Below, piece after piece: positions 9,839-19,471 of a DNA stretch of 53,440 nucleotides (positions are counted from its first letter, which is position 1; every line of letters begins with the position of its first letter). The position numbers and the translations under genes were made by a program. The notes beneath the pieces were generated by a model. The model saw nothing but the letters and a program-made list of their open reading frames with translations. It had not been told where the DNA came from and made no database searches. The stretch is taken from positions 1 to 53,440 of the forward strand of contig CABPZV010000001.1 in the NCBI GenBank assembly GCA_902462015.1. Direction: 5' to 3'. Source of the stretch: an uncultured Eubacteriales bacterium. GTDB taxonomy: Bacteria > Bacillota > Clostridia > Oscillospirales > CAG-272.

Positions 9839-11329
9839 ATGTATTATGTAAGTACTCGCGGAAATGGCGGAAAGGTTACTTCTGCACAGGCGATTAAACA
9901 GGGAATAGCTGCGGACGGAGGTTTGTTTGTTCCCGAATCGCTTCCGGCTTTTTCGGAAGCGGAACTTAAGGCGATGCTTGGTATGAGCTATTCAGAAAGA
10001 GCAGTACATGTTCTCGGAAAGTTTCTTTGCGATTATTCCGAGGAGGAGCTTACTGCTTATTGTGAAAAAGCGTATTCAGAAGATAATTTCCGCAGCTCCG
10101 GCACACCGGCTCCGGTGGTGAGTCTGAACGACCGGATGTCGGTGCTCGAGCTTTATCACGGTCCGACCTCCGCATTTAAGGATATGGCGCTTCAGCTTAT
10201 GCCGCATCTGCTGGCAGGCGCGCTTGAGAAAACCGGAGAGAAAAAAGACGCTTTTATTTTAACTGCGACTTCCGGAGATACGGGAAAGGCCGCTCTTGAG
10301 GGATACCGTGACGCTCCGCGTGTCAAAATTATGGTGTTTTATCCTGTTGACGGTGTCAGCAGTGTTCAAAAGCTCCAAATGTCGACTCAGACTGGAGAAA
10401 ATGTGTTTGTCTGCCCGGTAAACGGTAATTTTGATGATGCCCAGAGCGGAGTAAAGCGCATATTTTCTGATAAAACCGCAATAGATTATATGAATGAGCG
10501 CGGCTACTTTTTCTCTTCGGCCAATTCGATAAACTGGGGACGTCTTGCTCCGCAGATTGTGTATTATGTATCAGCTTACTGCGACATGGTCAGCGCCGGT
10601 ACAATTGAATTCGGAGATACAATTGACGTATGTGTACCGACAGGTAATTTTGGCGATATATTTGCCGCGTATATTGCAAAAAAGTGCGGACTTAAGCTTG
10701 GAAGGCTTGTATGTGCTTCCAATAAAAACAATGTACTTACTGACTTTTTCAATACCGGAAGCTACAATAGAAACCGTAATTTTTATACCACGATGTCTCC
10801 GTCAATGGATATCTTAATATCTTCCAATTTAGAAAGACTGCTTTATTATATAGCGGGTTCATCTGTAACTGCTGACTGTATGAAGCGGCTGAACAGCAAC
10901 GGAAAATATACCGTTTCTTCGGAAGTTTTGAAAGAAAGTACAAAAGAATTTTATGGATATTGCGCAAGCGAGGAGCAGACGGGAAGCTGCATCGCTGAAA
11001 TTTATAAAAATTATAAATATTTGATCGATCCTCATACCGCTGTTGGTGTATACTGTGCGCAAAAATATCTGGAAGAAGTTAATACTTCGAATAAAATTTT
11101 ATGTGTTTCAACGGCAAGTCCGTATAAATTTGCATCGAATGTATATAAATCGCTTACTGGCAAAGTATTGGCGGATGAATTTGAATATATAGACGCACTT
11201 TCGGCGTTTACCGGAACAATACCGCCAAAACCGCTTTCCGAGCTGCGCTCAAAGGAAATTCGTTTTAATCCGTCTCTTTCCTTCAGTCCGTCTGAGATGT
11301 TAAGCTGTGTAAAGAAAGCAGCAGAATAA
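9839..11329 (+). CDS. thrC: threonine synthase
   Basis: MYYVSTRG N-terminus, PLP-lysine context SAFKDMALQ, and TSGDTGKA. Start moved to M27 of the track ORF, downstream of AGGAGAGG. Confidence 0.9.
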   Translation: MYYVSTRGNGGKVTSAQAIKQGIAADGGLFVPESLPAFSEAELKAMLGMSYSERAVHVLGKFLCDYSEEELTAYCEKAYSEDNFRSSGTPAPVVSLNDRMSVLELYHGPTSAFKDMALQLMPHLLAGALEKTGEKKDAFILTATSGDTGKAALEGYRDAPRVKIMVFYPVDGVSSVQKLQMSTQTGENVFVCPVNGNFDDAQSGVKRIFSDKTAIDYMNERGYFFSSANSINWGRLAPQIVYYVSAYCDMVSAGTIEFGDTIDVCVPTGNFGDIFAAYIAKKCGLKLGRLVCASNKNNVLTDFFNTGSYNRNRNFYTTMSPSMDILISSNLERLLYYIAGSSVTADCMKRLNSNGKYTVSSEVLKESTKEFYGYCASEEQTGSCIAEIYKNYKYLIDPHTAVGVYCAQKYLEEVNTSNKILCVSTASPYKFASNVYKSLTGKVLADEFEYIDALSAFTGTIPPKPLSELRSKEIRFNPSLSFSPSEMLSCVKKAAE

Positions 11330-11498
11330 TACCTGCAATTCCGGGACAAGTGTTCTCGCCGGACGATCTGTCAGATATTTCTTTAAGCTGCAGGTTAAAA
11401 GCTTAAAGGCGGAGTAGTCATACGCTATATTTATGCCCGGTATTCTGACGTCTGAACAATGTATGGTAAAAACAAAGTCTTTGGATCTAAAAGTGCTT

Positions 11499-11530
11499 CA
11501 CGAGCATTGTCTGTTCAGACAATGCTCGTG
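11499..11530. terminator. near-perfect 14-15 bp hairpin between convergent thrC and the DUF1540 gene
   Basis: CACGAGCATTGTCTG / CAGACAATGCTCGTG. There is no clean U-tract on either side, so terminator function is an inference. Confidence 0.4.
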
Positions 11531-11563
11531 ATTATCCTGAAAAACTGTTAATATACTGCTAAC

Positions 11564-11758
11564 TTATATACCCTTCTGCTTAAAAGTCGCGCAGACAGTG
11601 TCTGAGCAAGAGCAGGCATAGCTCGGTCCTACTGCGATACGGTCTGCAGTGCAGTCACTTTCGCCGTCGTGATATACACAGTTCTTTACATCGCAGCAGA
11701 CACCTTTGATGTGATGTCCGTTATCTCCGTGGCTGTCTTTTTGATGAAAACTGTTCAT
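11564..11758 (-). CDS. DUF1540 domain protein (small Cys-rich, sporulation-associated family)
   Basis: CDVKNCVYHDGESDCTADRIAV and CSCSDTVCATF repeats. AAAGGAG Shine-Dalgarno upstream. Confidence 0.8.
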   Translation of the reverse strand: MNSFHQKDSHGDNGHHIKGVCCDVKNCVYHDGESDCTADRIAVGPSYACSCSDTVCATFKQKGI

Positions 11759-11878
11759 TTTTGGGATTACTCCTTTGACTTTTTTATTTCAGCTGTTAAG
11801 CCGCATGTATTATTTTCTCCGATACCGGTGAAAATATGCATATAAAATAAATTGAATAAAATCAAAGACGGGTTTTTT

Positions 11879-12604
11879 ATGTCGTTATTTGTTATTTCCG
11901 ATACGCATCTTTCCTTTTCTGCCAATAAGCCTATGGACGTATTTGGCACCCGATGGTGTAATTATACATCAAAGCTGGCACAGTCCTGGAATAGACTTGT
12001 GGGTGTCCTGGATACTGTCGTTATAGGCGGAGATATTTCTTGGGCTATGAATTTTGATGGGGCTTATCCTGATTTGAAATTTTTAAACGAGCTACCTGGA
12101 AGAAAAATTATCTGCCGCGGCAATCATGACTATTGGTGGTCTACAATGAAAAAAATGAAACGTTTTTTTCGCGAGGAAAACGGTTTTGAAAGCATTGAAT
12201 TTTTATACAATAATGCTTTTGAAACTTCAGAATTTATTATTTGTGGTTCACGCGGATGGTATAACGATTCTGGTCTTGCTCCGGGCGACGCCGATTATAG
12301 AAAAATAATCGCGCGCGAATCGCTTCGTTTAGAGCTGAGTATATCTGAAGGTGAAAAACTCAGGAAGCTTGACGGTGCGGACAAGGAAATTCTTGTTTTT
12401 CTTCATTTCCCCCCTGTTTATAACGGGTACAGGTGCACAGAAATAATTGAAACTTTAAAGAGACACGGGATAAAAAGATGTTATTACGGACATATACACA
12501 ACTGTTATGATATTCCGCCCTCTGTATTATACGATGGAATCGAATTTATAATCACATCCGCAGATTATCTCGATTTCATTCCGATGATAATTGAGCCTCT
12601 ATAA
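11879..12604 (+). CDS. metallophosphoesterase
   Basis: ISDTHL, GGDISW, GNHDYWW, LHFPP and GHIH motifs. Start set to the ATG (MSLFVISDTHL) rather than the upstream TTG. Confidence 0.85.
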   Translation: MSLFVISDTHLSFSANKPMDVFGTRWCNYTSKLAQSWNRLVGVLDTVVIGGDISWAMNFDGAYPDLKFLNELPGRKIICRGNHDYWWSTMKKMKRFFREENGFESIEFLYNNAFETSEFIICGSRGWYNDSGLAPGDADYRKIIARESLRLELSISEGEKLRKLDGADKEILVFLHFPPVYNGYRCTEIIETLKRHGIKRCYYGHIHNCYDIPPSVLYDGIEFIITSADYLDFIPMIIEPL

Positions 12605-12689
12605 GTCTATCTTAACATCAATAAATATGATTATGTCATATATAATAAGGAAAAAATTCTATACTTTTTAAAAAATTTTGTTCTATGTA

Positions 12690-12718
12690 TTGACTTTACA
12701 GTAAAAAATAGGTACAAT
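12690..12718 (+). promoter_or_regulatory. sigma-A type promoter of tig (TTGACT-17-TACAAT)
   Basis: -35 at 12690-12695, 17-nt spacer, and -10 at 12713-12718. Confidence 0.6.
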
Positions 12719-12773
12719 AGTATGTAATGCTTTTATAATCGCTAAATATATTCTCACTCGGAGGAATTTTTAA

Positions 12774-14234
12774 ATGAGTTTTAAAAAAGTAAATGAAGTT
12801 GAAAAAAACAAAATTGAAATTGAGTTTTCGATTGAAAAAGATGCTTTTGATGCCCAAACCGCAAAGGTTTTTCGCAAAAAAGCCGCGAAGATGATAATTC
12901 CCGGCTTTCGTAAGGGAAAAGCTCCACGTTCTATCATTGAAAAGATGTACGGCAAGGGAGTATTTTATGAGGATGCAATTAATGATTTGCTGCCGGATGC
13001 ATATGCCGACGCTTTAAAAGAATCCGGTGCCGAAGTTGTAAGCCGTCCCGAGTTTGAAGTTGTAACAATCGATGATGACGGCGTTTTGATGAAAGCGGCT
13101 GTTTATACCAAGCCGGAAGTTGAGATCAAAGATTATACGGGAATTAAAGCTGAAAAAATCGTTACAGCTGTTACTGACGAGATGGTAAATGACGAGATTA
13201 ACCGTGTAAGGGAGAGAAACGCAAGACTTATCGATATTACAGACCGTGCCGCTCAGCTCGGCGATACTGTAAAAATAGATTTTGACGGATATGTTGACGG
13301 GAAACAGTTTGAGGGAGGAAAAGGCGAGGATTACAGTCTCAAGCTCGGCTCAGGAACATTTATTCCCGGATTTGAAGATCAGATTGTCGGTCATAGCATA
13401 GACGACAGTTTTGATGTAAACGTTACCTTCCCGGAGGATTACGGTCATAAGGAGCTTGCTGGCAAACCTGCAGTATTTAAGGTTGTCCTTCACGCGATTC
13501 AGTTCTCAGAATTGCCTGAGCTTGACGATGATTTTGCTGTCGATGTGTCTGATTTCAATACTCTGGATGAGTATAAAGCTGACATTAAGGCTAAAATTTC
13601 GGAAAAATATGAAAACAGCGCAAATAATGCCCTTGAGGGACAGATTATTGACGGACTGCTTAAAAATCTTACCGCCGATATTCCTGAGTGCATGATTGAC
13701 AGTGAGGTGGAGAATCTCATTCGTGAACGCGATTATTCTCTTCGCAGCCAGGGACTTGATCTTAATACATACTTAAAATACATGAACTCTACCCTTGATG
13801 ATATGCGCGCTCAGCTTCGCCCGATGGCAGAACGTCAGGTGAAAACAAGACTTGCGCTTGAAAAAATCGCAGAAATTGAAAATATTAAGGCAGAGGAAGC
13901 GGATATAAATGCAGAATACGAGAAGATGTCTGCACAATACTCAATGGAGCTTGACAAGGTCAAAGAAGCTCTTTCTTCTGATGCTTTAACCTCAGACATA
14001 ATTCTACGCAAGACTGTCGACTTTGTAAAATCAAAAGCGGTTATAACCGAAAAAAATGCAGAAGATGCCGCAAAAGAGAGCAAACCCAAATCAAAGACGG
14101 CAAAGGCTGCTAAAACGGAAAAGAAAGATGAAGCTGAGGGCGCAGAAAAAACGGTAAAACCGAGAAAGCCGAGAAAAACCAAGGCTGAAAAGGAAGCGGA
14201 AGAGGCAGCAAATAACACGGAGGAATCCAAATAA
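12774..14234 (+). CDS. tig: trigger factor
   Basis: Ribosome-binding signature GFRKGKAP and a central FKBP-type PPIase region. It carries an unusual Lys/Glu-rich C-terminal tail of about 50 aa. Confidence 0.95.
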   Translation: MSFKKVNEVEKNKIEIEFSIEKDAFDAQTAKVFRKKAAKMIIPGFRKGKAPRSIIEKMYGKGVFYEDAINDLLPDAYADALKESGAEVVSRPEFEVVTIDDDGVLMKAAVYTKPEVEIKDYTGIKAEKIVTAVTDEMVNDEINRVRERNARLIDITDRAAQLGDTVKIDFDGYVDGKQFEGGKGEDYSLKLGSGTFIPGFEDQIVGHSIDDSFDVNVTFPEDYGHKELAGKPAVFKVVLHAIQFSELPELDDDFAVDVSDFNTLDEYKADIKAKISEKYENSANNALEGQIIDGLLKNLTADIPECMIDSEVENLIRERDYSLRSQGLDLNTYLKYMNSTLDDMRAQLRPMAERQVKTRLALEKIAEIENIKAEEADINAEYEKMSAQYSMELDKVKEALSSDALTSDIILRKTVDFVKSKAVITEKNAEDAAKESKPKSKTAKAAKTEKKDEAEGAEKTVKPRKPRKTKAEKEAEEAANNTEESK

Positions 14235-14360
14235 CCGGGAAGTATTTCAGTACGGTTTTTTAGATTTCTGATGTAGAAATGCTTATCCGTGAGGAATAAA
14301 TTATGCTTATAATGTCTACAATGCTATGTACAGATAAATAGTATGTTAGACAAATACACT

Positions 14361-14408
14361 GTAACCTGCAGTGAGATGCAAACATATCAGTATCTCACTG
14401 TAAGTTAT
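14361..14408 (+). repeat. possible degenerate, internally deleted relative of the R1-R6 repeat
   Basis: GTAACCTGCAGTGAGAT...ATCTCACTGTAAGTTAT resembles GCAACCATTCAGTGGGAGAT...ATCTCCCACTG...CTAAGTTATA. It forms a 9-bp stem (14369-14377 with 14392-14400). Confidence 0.3.
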
Positions 14409-14462
14409 TTTCGCGGAATAATTGCAGTAAGTACTTTTAAATAAAGAAAGGATGAAATTGTT

Positions 14463-15047
14463 ATGGCTTTAGTACCGACCGTCATTGAACAAACAAATCG
14501 CGGAGAAAGAGCGTATGATATTTATTCACGTCTTCTGAATGACAGAATAGTATTTCTTTCTGACGAAGTAAACGATGTGACTGCTTCTCTTGTTGTGGCT
14601 CAGCTGCTTTTTCTTGAGGCTCAGGATCCCGATAAGGATATTAGCCTGTACATCAATAGTCCGGGCGGCTCAGTTTCTTCTGGCTTTGCTATTTATGATA
14701 CAATGAATTATATTAAATGCGATGTATCTACTATATGTGTAGGTATGGCGGCAAGTATGGGAGCGTTTCTTCTGTCAGCTGGAGCGAAAGGAAAGAGATT
14801 TGCATTGCCGAACAGTGAGATTATGATTCATCAGCCGCTTGGCGGCATGCAGGGGCAGGCATCCGATATAAAGATTCATGCAGATCATATTCTTAGAACT
14901 CGGGAAAGACTCAACCGTATTCTTTCTCAGAATACCGGAAGGCCGTTAGATGTGATTGAGCGCGATACCGAACGCGATAACTTTATGACTGCCGAAGAAG
15001 CTGCAGAGTACGGTCTTATTGATAAGGTGTACGAAAAGCGTGCTTAA
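14463..15047 (+). CDS. clpP: ATP-dependent Clp protease proteolytic subunit
   Basis: GMAASMGAF (active-site Ser), IMIHQP (His), 194 aa. Confidence 0.97.
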   Translation: MALVPTVIEQTNRGERAYDIYSRLLNDRIVFLSDEVNDVTASLVVAQLLFLEAQDPDKDISLYINSPGGSVSSGFAIYDTMNYIKCDVSTICVGMAASMGAFLLSAGAKGKRFALPNSEIMIHQPLGGMQGQASDIKIHADHILRTRERLNRILSQNTGRPLDVIERDTERDNFMTAEEAAEYGLIDKVYEKRA

Positions 15048-15098
15048 CCAAATTGAAAAATAAGGCACTATTTAGGAAAGGATAGGTTTATACTTTTA

Positions 15099-16448
15099 AT
15101 GGCGACAAATAACCGTAACGGTTCCGGCGGAAATAATAAAGCAGGATGTTCTTTCTGTGGAAGAGATGAAGAGCATGTCAATTTTCTGATTCCGTCGCCT
15201 ACCGGATTGCTCATATGTGATCACTGTATAGATATCTGTAACGAGATAATCGAAGAACATCTTAGGTCGCACGGCTCTAAAGGAAAAAAATCAGAGACAG
15301 AAAAAGATCTGCTCACTTTTGATAATCTTCCCAAACCGTTCCAAATCAAAAAGTCGCTTGATGAGTACGTCATTGGTCAGGACAGAGCTAAAAAGGCATT
15401 GTCGGTAGCTGTATATAATCACTATAAGAGAGTTTTAACAAAAGAGGCATCTGTGCCAAAGCAGAAAATCAGAAAAAAAGATGATTCTGATGATTCTCCA
15501 AAAAACGATGTTGAAATTCAGAAGAGCAATGTCCTTCTTCTCGGCCCAACCGGCGTCGGCAAAACTTATCTTGCGCAGACCCTTGCAAAAACTTTGCGCG
15601 TTCCGTTTGCAATTGCTGACGCAACTACTTTAACAGAGGCTGGATATGTTGGCGAGGATGTAGAAAATATTTTACTCCGTCTTATTCAGGCTGCAGATTT
15701 TGATATAGAGCGCGCTGAAAAGGGAATTATATATATTGATGAAATCGATAAAATTTCCAGGCGGAGTGAAAACCGTTCGATAACCAGAGATGTTTCCGGC
15801 GAGGGAGTACAGCAGGCTCTGTTGAAAATTCTTGAAGGGACAGTATCAAATGTTCCTCCTCAGGGTGGTCGTAAACATCCGAATCAGGAGTTTATTCAGA
15901 TAAACACAGAAAATATTTTGTTTATCTGCGGCGGATCTTTTGACGGCATTCAGGAGTTGGTAGAAGCCCGTATGGGCCGGCAGACTATGGGATTTTCAGG
16001 AAATGTAAAATCGAAGGCAGAGATTAATAACGATAATTTATATGCTGAAATAATTCCTCATGATATTGTGAAATTCGGATTGATTCCTGAACTTGTCGGA
16101 CGGCTTCCCGTTTTGGTTGGACTTGATAATCTTGATCGGGCGGCGCTTGTTAGAATCTTAATGGAGCCGAAGAATTCGATTATCAAACAGTATAAGAAGC
16201 TGTTCGAATTAGATAATACCCAAATTGAGTTTACCGAAGAAGCTCTTAATAAAGTTGCTGACCTTGCTATTGAGCGCGCAACCGGAGCCCGTGGATTACG
16301 GGCTATTATGGAAGAAATAATGCTTGATATCATGTATGATGTTCCATCCAGAGACGATGTTGAAAAGGTTATCGTTGATGAAAGTGTGGTTGAACAAAAA
16401 TCACATCCCCGACTTGTATTAAAAGTCTCTGAGTCAAGTGCAATTTGA
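15099..16448 (+). CDS. clpX: ATP-dependent Clp protease ATP-binding subunit ClpX
   Basis: N-terminal zinc finger CSFCGR...CDHC, Walker A GPTGVGKT, Walker [10 protein letters not shown]. Confidence 0.97.
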   Translation: MATNNRNGSGGNNKAGCSFCGRDEEHVNFLIPSPTGLLICDHCIDICNEIIEEHLRSHGSKGKKSETEKDLLTFDNLPKPFQIKKSLDEYVIGQDRAKKALSVAVYNHYKRVLTKEASVPKQKIRKKDDSDDSPKNDVEIQKSNVLLLGPTGVGKTYLAQTLAKTLRVPFAIADATTLTEAGYVGEDVENILLRLIQAADFDIERAEKGIIYIDEIDKISRRSENRSITRDVSGEGVQQALLKILEGTVSNVPPQGGRKHPNQEFIQINTENILFICGGSFDGIQELVEARMGRQTMGFSGNVKSKAEINNDNLYAEIIPHDIVKFGLIPELVGRLPVLVGLDNLDRAALVRILMEPKNSIIKQYKKLFELDNTQIEFTEEALNKVADLAIERATGARGLRAIMEEIMLDIMYDVPSRDDVEKVIVDESVVEQKSHPRLVLKVSESSAI

Positions 16449-16482
16449 AAGATTTAATTGTGTTTTAGTAACCGTATAATTT

Positions 16483-16538
16483 AAAAAAACAAAGGCGGAC
16501 AAACGAAAACTACCACGCGTGTCTGCCTTTGTTTTTTT
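16483..16538 (+). terminator. intrinsic (bidirectional-looking) terminator after clpX
   Basis: A-run, stem CAAAGGCGGACA (16490-16501) with TGTCTGCCTTTG (16520-16531), then TTTTTTT (16532-16538). Confidence 0.7.
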
Positions 16539-16563
16539 ATTACGGTATTGCTATTACTGCTTT

Positions 16564-16701
16564 TATAACTTAGGTAAAATGTTCCCCGCCTCTAAGGCGG
16601 TGGCCTCTAAGGCTGCGGTTTACATTTCACCATTCAGTAGGAGATTGCATCTCCCACTGAATGGTTGCCATGTTTAGTGACGGTGCAAGCTCCTTATTGA
16701 A
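16564..16701 (-). repeat. modular intergenic repeat, copy R2 (reverse orientation, 2 GCCTTAGAGGC units)
   Basis: TATAACTTAGGTAAAATGTTCCCCGCC...core palindrome...GGTTGCCATG...GCAAGCTCCTTATTGAA. It lies between the clpX terminator and the tRNA-Gly 3' end. Confidence 0.9.
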
Positions 16702-16717
16702 TTTGATATACATATAA

Positions 16718-16791
16718 TGGAGCGGATAACGGGAATCGAACCCGCCTTATCAGCTTGGGAAGCTGAAGTTTTACCACTAAACTATATCCGC
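16718..16791 (-). tRNA. tRNA-Gly (anticodon CCC), CCA encoded
   Basis: Minus strand GCGGATATAGTTTAGTGGTAAAACTTCAGCTTCCCAAGCTGATAAGGCGGGTTCGATTCCCGTTATCCGCTCCA folds as a cloverleaf: 7-bp acceptor, TCAGC/GCTGA anticodon stem, loop TTCCCAA, T-loop TTCGATT. Confidence 0.9.
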
Positions 16792-16831
16792 ATATTGCCG
16801 CGGAAATATACAGCCTCCGCGGCATTATCTT

Positions 16832-17656
16832 TTAATCTTCTTTTACGTGAATATCCATCTGCGGAAAAGGAATTTCTATCTGCGCCTTATCAAAAGCGCA
16901 CTTAACCTGCTCGTTAAGGTCGTACCAAACAGTCCAATAGTCTGACGTATTGCACCAGCACCTTGTAGTAAAGACAATTGCGCTGTCATCATGCTTACTT
17001 ACACGGGCAAACGGTTCTGCCGGTTTATCAAGAACAAGAGGGTTGCTTTTCATTGTTTCTAAAAGAACCTTTCGTGTCGTCTCTATATCGGACGAATAAG
17101 AAACAGTAAATGTCATATCAACGCGTCTCGTTTTTTCCGCAGTACAGTTTGTGATTACTGAATTTGAAATTGTTGCGTTGGGAACAGTAATCTGCTTATT
17201 GTCCGGAGTGAATATAACAGTATATAAAATAGAGATGCTGTTTACAGTTCCTTCAATTCCATCAGTTATTATATAATCGCCCACATTAAACGGACGGAAA
17301 ATTGTAATCATAAGACCGCCGGCAAAATTGCTTAGGCTGCCCTGTAGCGACAAGCCTACAGCAAGACCAGCAGATCCAATGACAGCAACCATGCTTGACA
17401 TCGGAACGCCCATCAGATTTATAGCAGAAAGAACAATGACGGCCTTTAATATAAAAGTAATGCAGCTGAACAGAAATGACGCTGCGCTTTCGTCGATTTT
17501 GTTTTTGTTCTTCGCCGATTTTTTTAGCTTCCTTGAGAATATATTTACAACCTTAAATCCAATTATCAGAAGAGCAAGTGCCTCAATCAGCTTATATCCA
17601 AATGTTACAGAAAATTCCGCAACTGAATTTACAAGCTGAGATAAAAAATCGCTCAT
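16832..17656 (-). CDS. mechanosensitive ion channel (MscS family)
   Basis: Three N-terminal TM helices followed by the MscS beta-domain pattern (PFNVGDYI...GTV..I). Confidence 0.85.
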   Translation of the reverse strand: MSDFLSQLVNSVAEFSVTFGYKLIEALALLIIGFKVVNIFSRKLKKSAKNKNKIDESAASFLFSCITFILKAVIVLSAINLMGVPMSSMVAVIGSAGLAVGLSLQGSLSNFAGGLMITIFRPFNVGDYIITDGIEGTVNSISILYTVIFTPDNKQITVPNATISNSVITNCTAEKTRRVDMTFTVSYSSDIETTRKVLLETMKSNPLVLDKPAEPFARVSKHDDSAIVFTTRCWCNTSDYWTVWYDLNEQVKCAFDKAQIEIPFPQMDIHVKED

Positions 17657-17713
17657 AATAATACGCCCTTTCTGTATTTATATATGAATTAACAGTTATA
17701 GTTAAGCCTCAGC

Positions 17714-19411
17714 TCAGCCCCCTCTTGCCTCGATAATATTTCTTGCATGCTCGGCTGACGTTTTTGCAAACAGGTTGTAGCCGTCGCTCTTAGCGACGAA
17801 ATAATAATAATCCGTTTCCGCGGGATACAATGCCCAGGTTATTGCACTGAAGCTTGGATTTGTAATAGGTCCAGCAGGCAATCCTTTTCGCGTATACGTA
17901 TTATACGGGGTGTCAATTTGGTTATCCTCAGGTGTAACCGTCTCCTTGCGTTCTGCAAGACCGTACAGTGTCGTCGCGTCACTCTGCAGAAAGCCCTTAG
18001 TTTCATATGAAGGATTGTTCAGACGGTTATGAAATACTGACGAAATCCAGCCGTATTCCGATTCATACTTTGCTTCCATCTGAATCATCGACGCAAGAGT
18101 GACAATTTGATCGACCGTCATTCCTTTCTCCCGGCATGCATCCCTGTATTCATCCGGAAAAATTCCGGAAAATCTGTCGAGAAGCTTATATATGATAGAT
18201 ATCTCGCTGGCGTTGTTGTAAAAATAATATGTGTCGGGATACAGATATCCTTCGAGGCGATATTTTCTTTCAGGGTTTGATTCAAGCTCATCAAGGAACC
18301 AATAGCCTTCAAAATTATAGTTTTGGATTGCATCAATAAAGCCGTCCCTTGTTCCCAGTCCGTTTGACGTAAACAAATCAATGATCTGATCAACTGTATA
18401 TCCTTCCGGGATCGTTATAGACAGTACTGTAACTTCTGCTGCCTGCTCATGAAATGTTTTACGGAGATCGTCAAAGTTCATGGAAGGTTTAACCGTGTAA
18501 GTTCCGGCGACATAAGGTTTGTCGTCGTGACGCAGCGATGCGTACAATTTAAAAATTCCGGGATATTTTATAACGCCGTTCTTCTTTAAAAGTGACGCAA
18601 GCTCTGACGTAGATGTGTTTTCATCAATAGTTATCTCTATTTCCGCATCACTTTTTACGAAAGCAAATACATCGTTTCCTATCTGTATGCCATAATATCC
18701 TATAAGACCGGCTATTACAAATACAGATACTATATAAATCACTGCCTTAAGCACACTTGAAAGCGCAGAGCCTTTATAGTTATCTGATTTTCCTTTACTG
18801 CTCTTTCCTTTGCCTGTCCTGCCGCGTGGAGGAGTTGCTCTTCCGGCTAAATAATTTTTTGGAACAGGACGCTGCTGTATTGTAGCCGACATGTCAGATT
18901 CCCCTGAACGGCTTCTTATCTGAGGAACCTTGCTATAATAAGATGTAGCGGCCGAATCTGCATGAGACGGACTATTAGATATACGCCCGGATCCCGGATG
19001 AGCCGGGTTTATAGGATGAGTCTGGTCAACCGTTTTTTTGTTTATTGTACGGCCGGCAGACTGGAGCGGAATTTGAGTCCGGCGTCCCGTGTATTCGCCT
19101 CTCACAGCAGACGGGACATTTCTTTTTTGCTCCTGTATCGGCTTTTTTATTTCTCTCTGAGGTGTTCTCATCTGCGATACTGAGGAACTCTCATTTTCGG
19201 ATGGAACTTGCTTCTGTTGAATTTTAGGTATTGCTTTTGTCTCCGCATTAAGCTCATAACTGCTATTCTCTGTTGAATTATTTATCCTCGTATTTTGAGA
19301 AGTTTCACTGCTCTGCGGTTCATTCCGTTTTACAACCCTCAGAAAAAGGTCTTCCATTTCCTCGCTGTCATCCGATGATGAATCAAAATTTTCATTGTAT
19401 TTATTATCCAT
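17714..19411 (-). CDS. mltG: endolytic murein transglycosylase MltG (YceG-like) with a long disordered N-terminal region
   Basis: The C-terminal 330 aa show the YceG pattern: one TM segment, IPEGYT, LASMIQMEA, LQSDATTLY, YNTYTRKGLPAGPITNP. The N-terminal region of about 200 aa is Ser/Pro/Gln/Arg-rich. Confidence 0.85.
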   Translation of the reverse strand: MDNKYNENFDSSSDDSEEMEDLFLRVVKRNEPQSSETSQNTRINNSTENSSYELNAETKAIPKIQQKQVPSENESSSVSQMRTPQREIKKPIQEQKRNVPSAVRGEYTGRRTQIPLQSAGRTINKKTVDQTHPINPAHPGSGRISNSPSHADSAATSYYSKVPQIRSRSGESDMSATIQQRPVPKNYLAGRATPPRGRTGKGKSSKGKSDNYKGSALSSVLKAVIYIVSVFVIAGLIGYYGIQIGNDVFAFVKSDAEIEITIDENTSTSELASLLKKNGVIKYPGIFKLYASLRHDDKPYVAGTYTVKPSMNFDDLRKTFHEQAAEVTVLSITIPEGYTVDQIIDLFTSNGLGTRDGFIDAIQNYNFEGYWFLDELESNPERKYRLEGYLYPDTYYFYNNASEISIIYKLLDRFSGIFPDEYRDACREKGMTVDQIVTLASMIQMEAKYESEYGWISSVFHNRLNNPSYETKGFLQSDATTLYGLAERKETVTPEDNQIDTPYNTYTRKGLPAGPITNPSFSAITWALYPAETDYYYFVAKSDGYNLFAKTSAEHARNIIEARGG

Positions 19412-19471
19412 AAGTATTTTTCCTGTTGTTAGTATAGATTAACTTCGAAGTATAATAAATTCTCCGAATGT

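Noticed and set aside
14235-14462. CtsR operator (GGTCAAA direct repeats) upstream of clpP, and CIRCE (TTAGCACTC-N9-GAGTGCTAA) upstream of lon at 40664..40951.
   Set aside because: No GGTCAAA heptads are present. Upstream of lon, only isolated half-site-like strings (TCGTGCTAA, TTAGTGCTG) occur, without a partner at the right spacing.
16717-16905. 62-aa + strand ORF.
   Set aside because: It is the antisense of tRNA-Gly(CCC) and the mscS 3' end. The tRNA cloverleaf explains the sequence.
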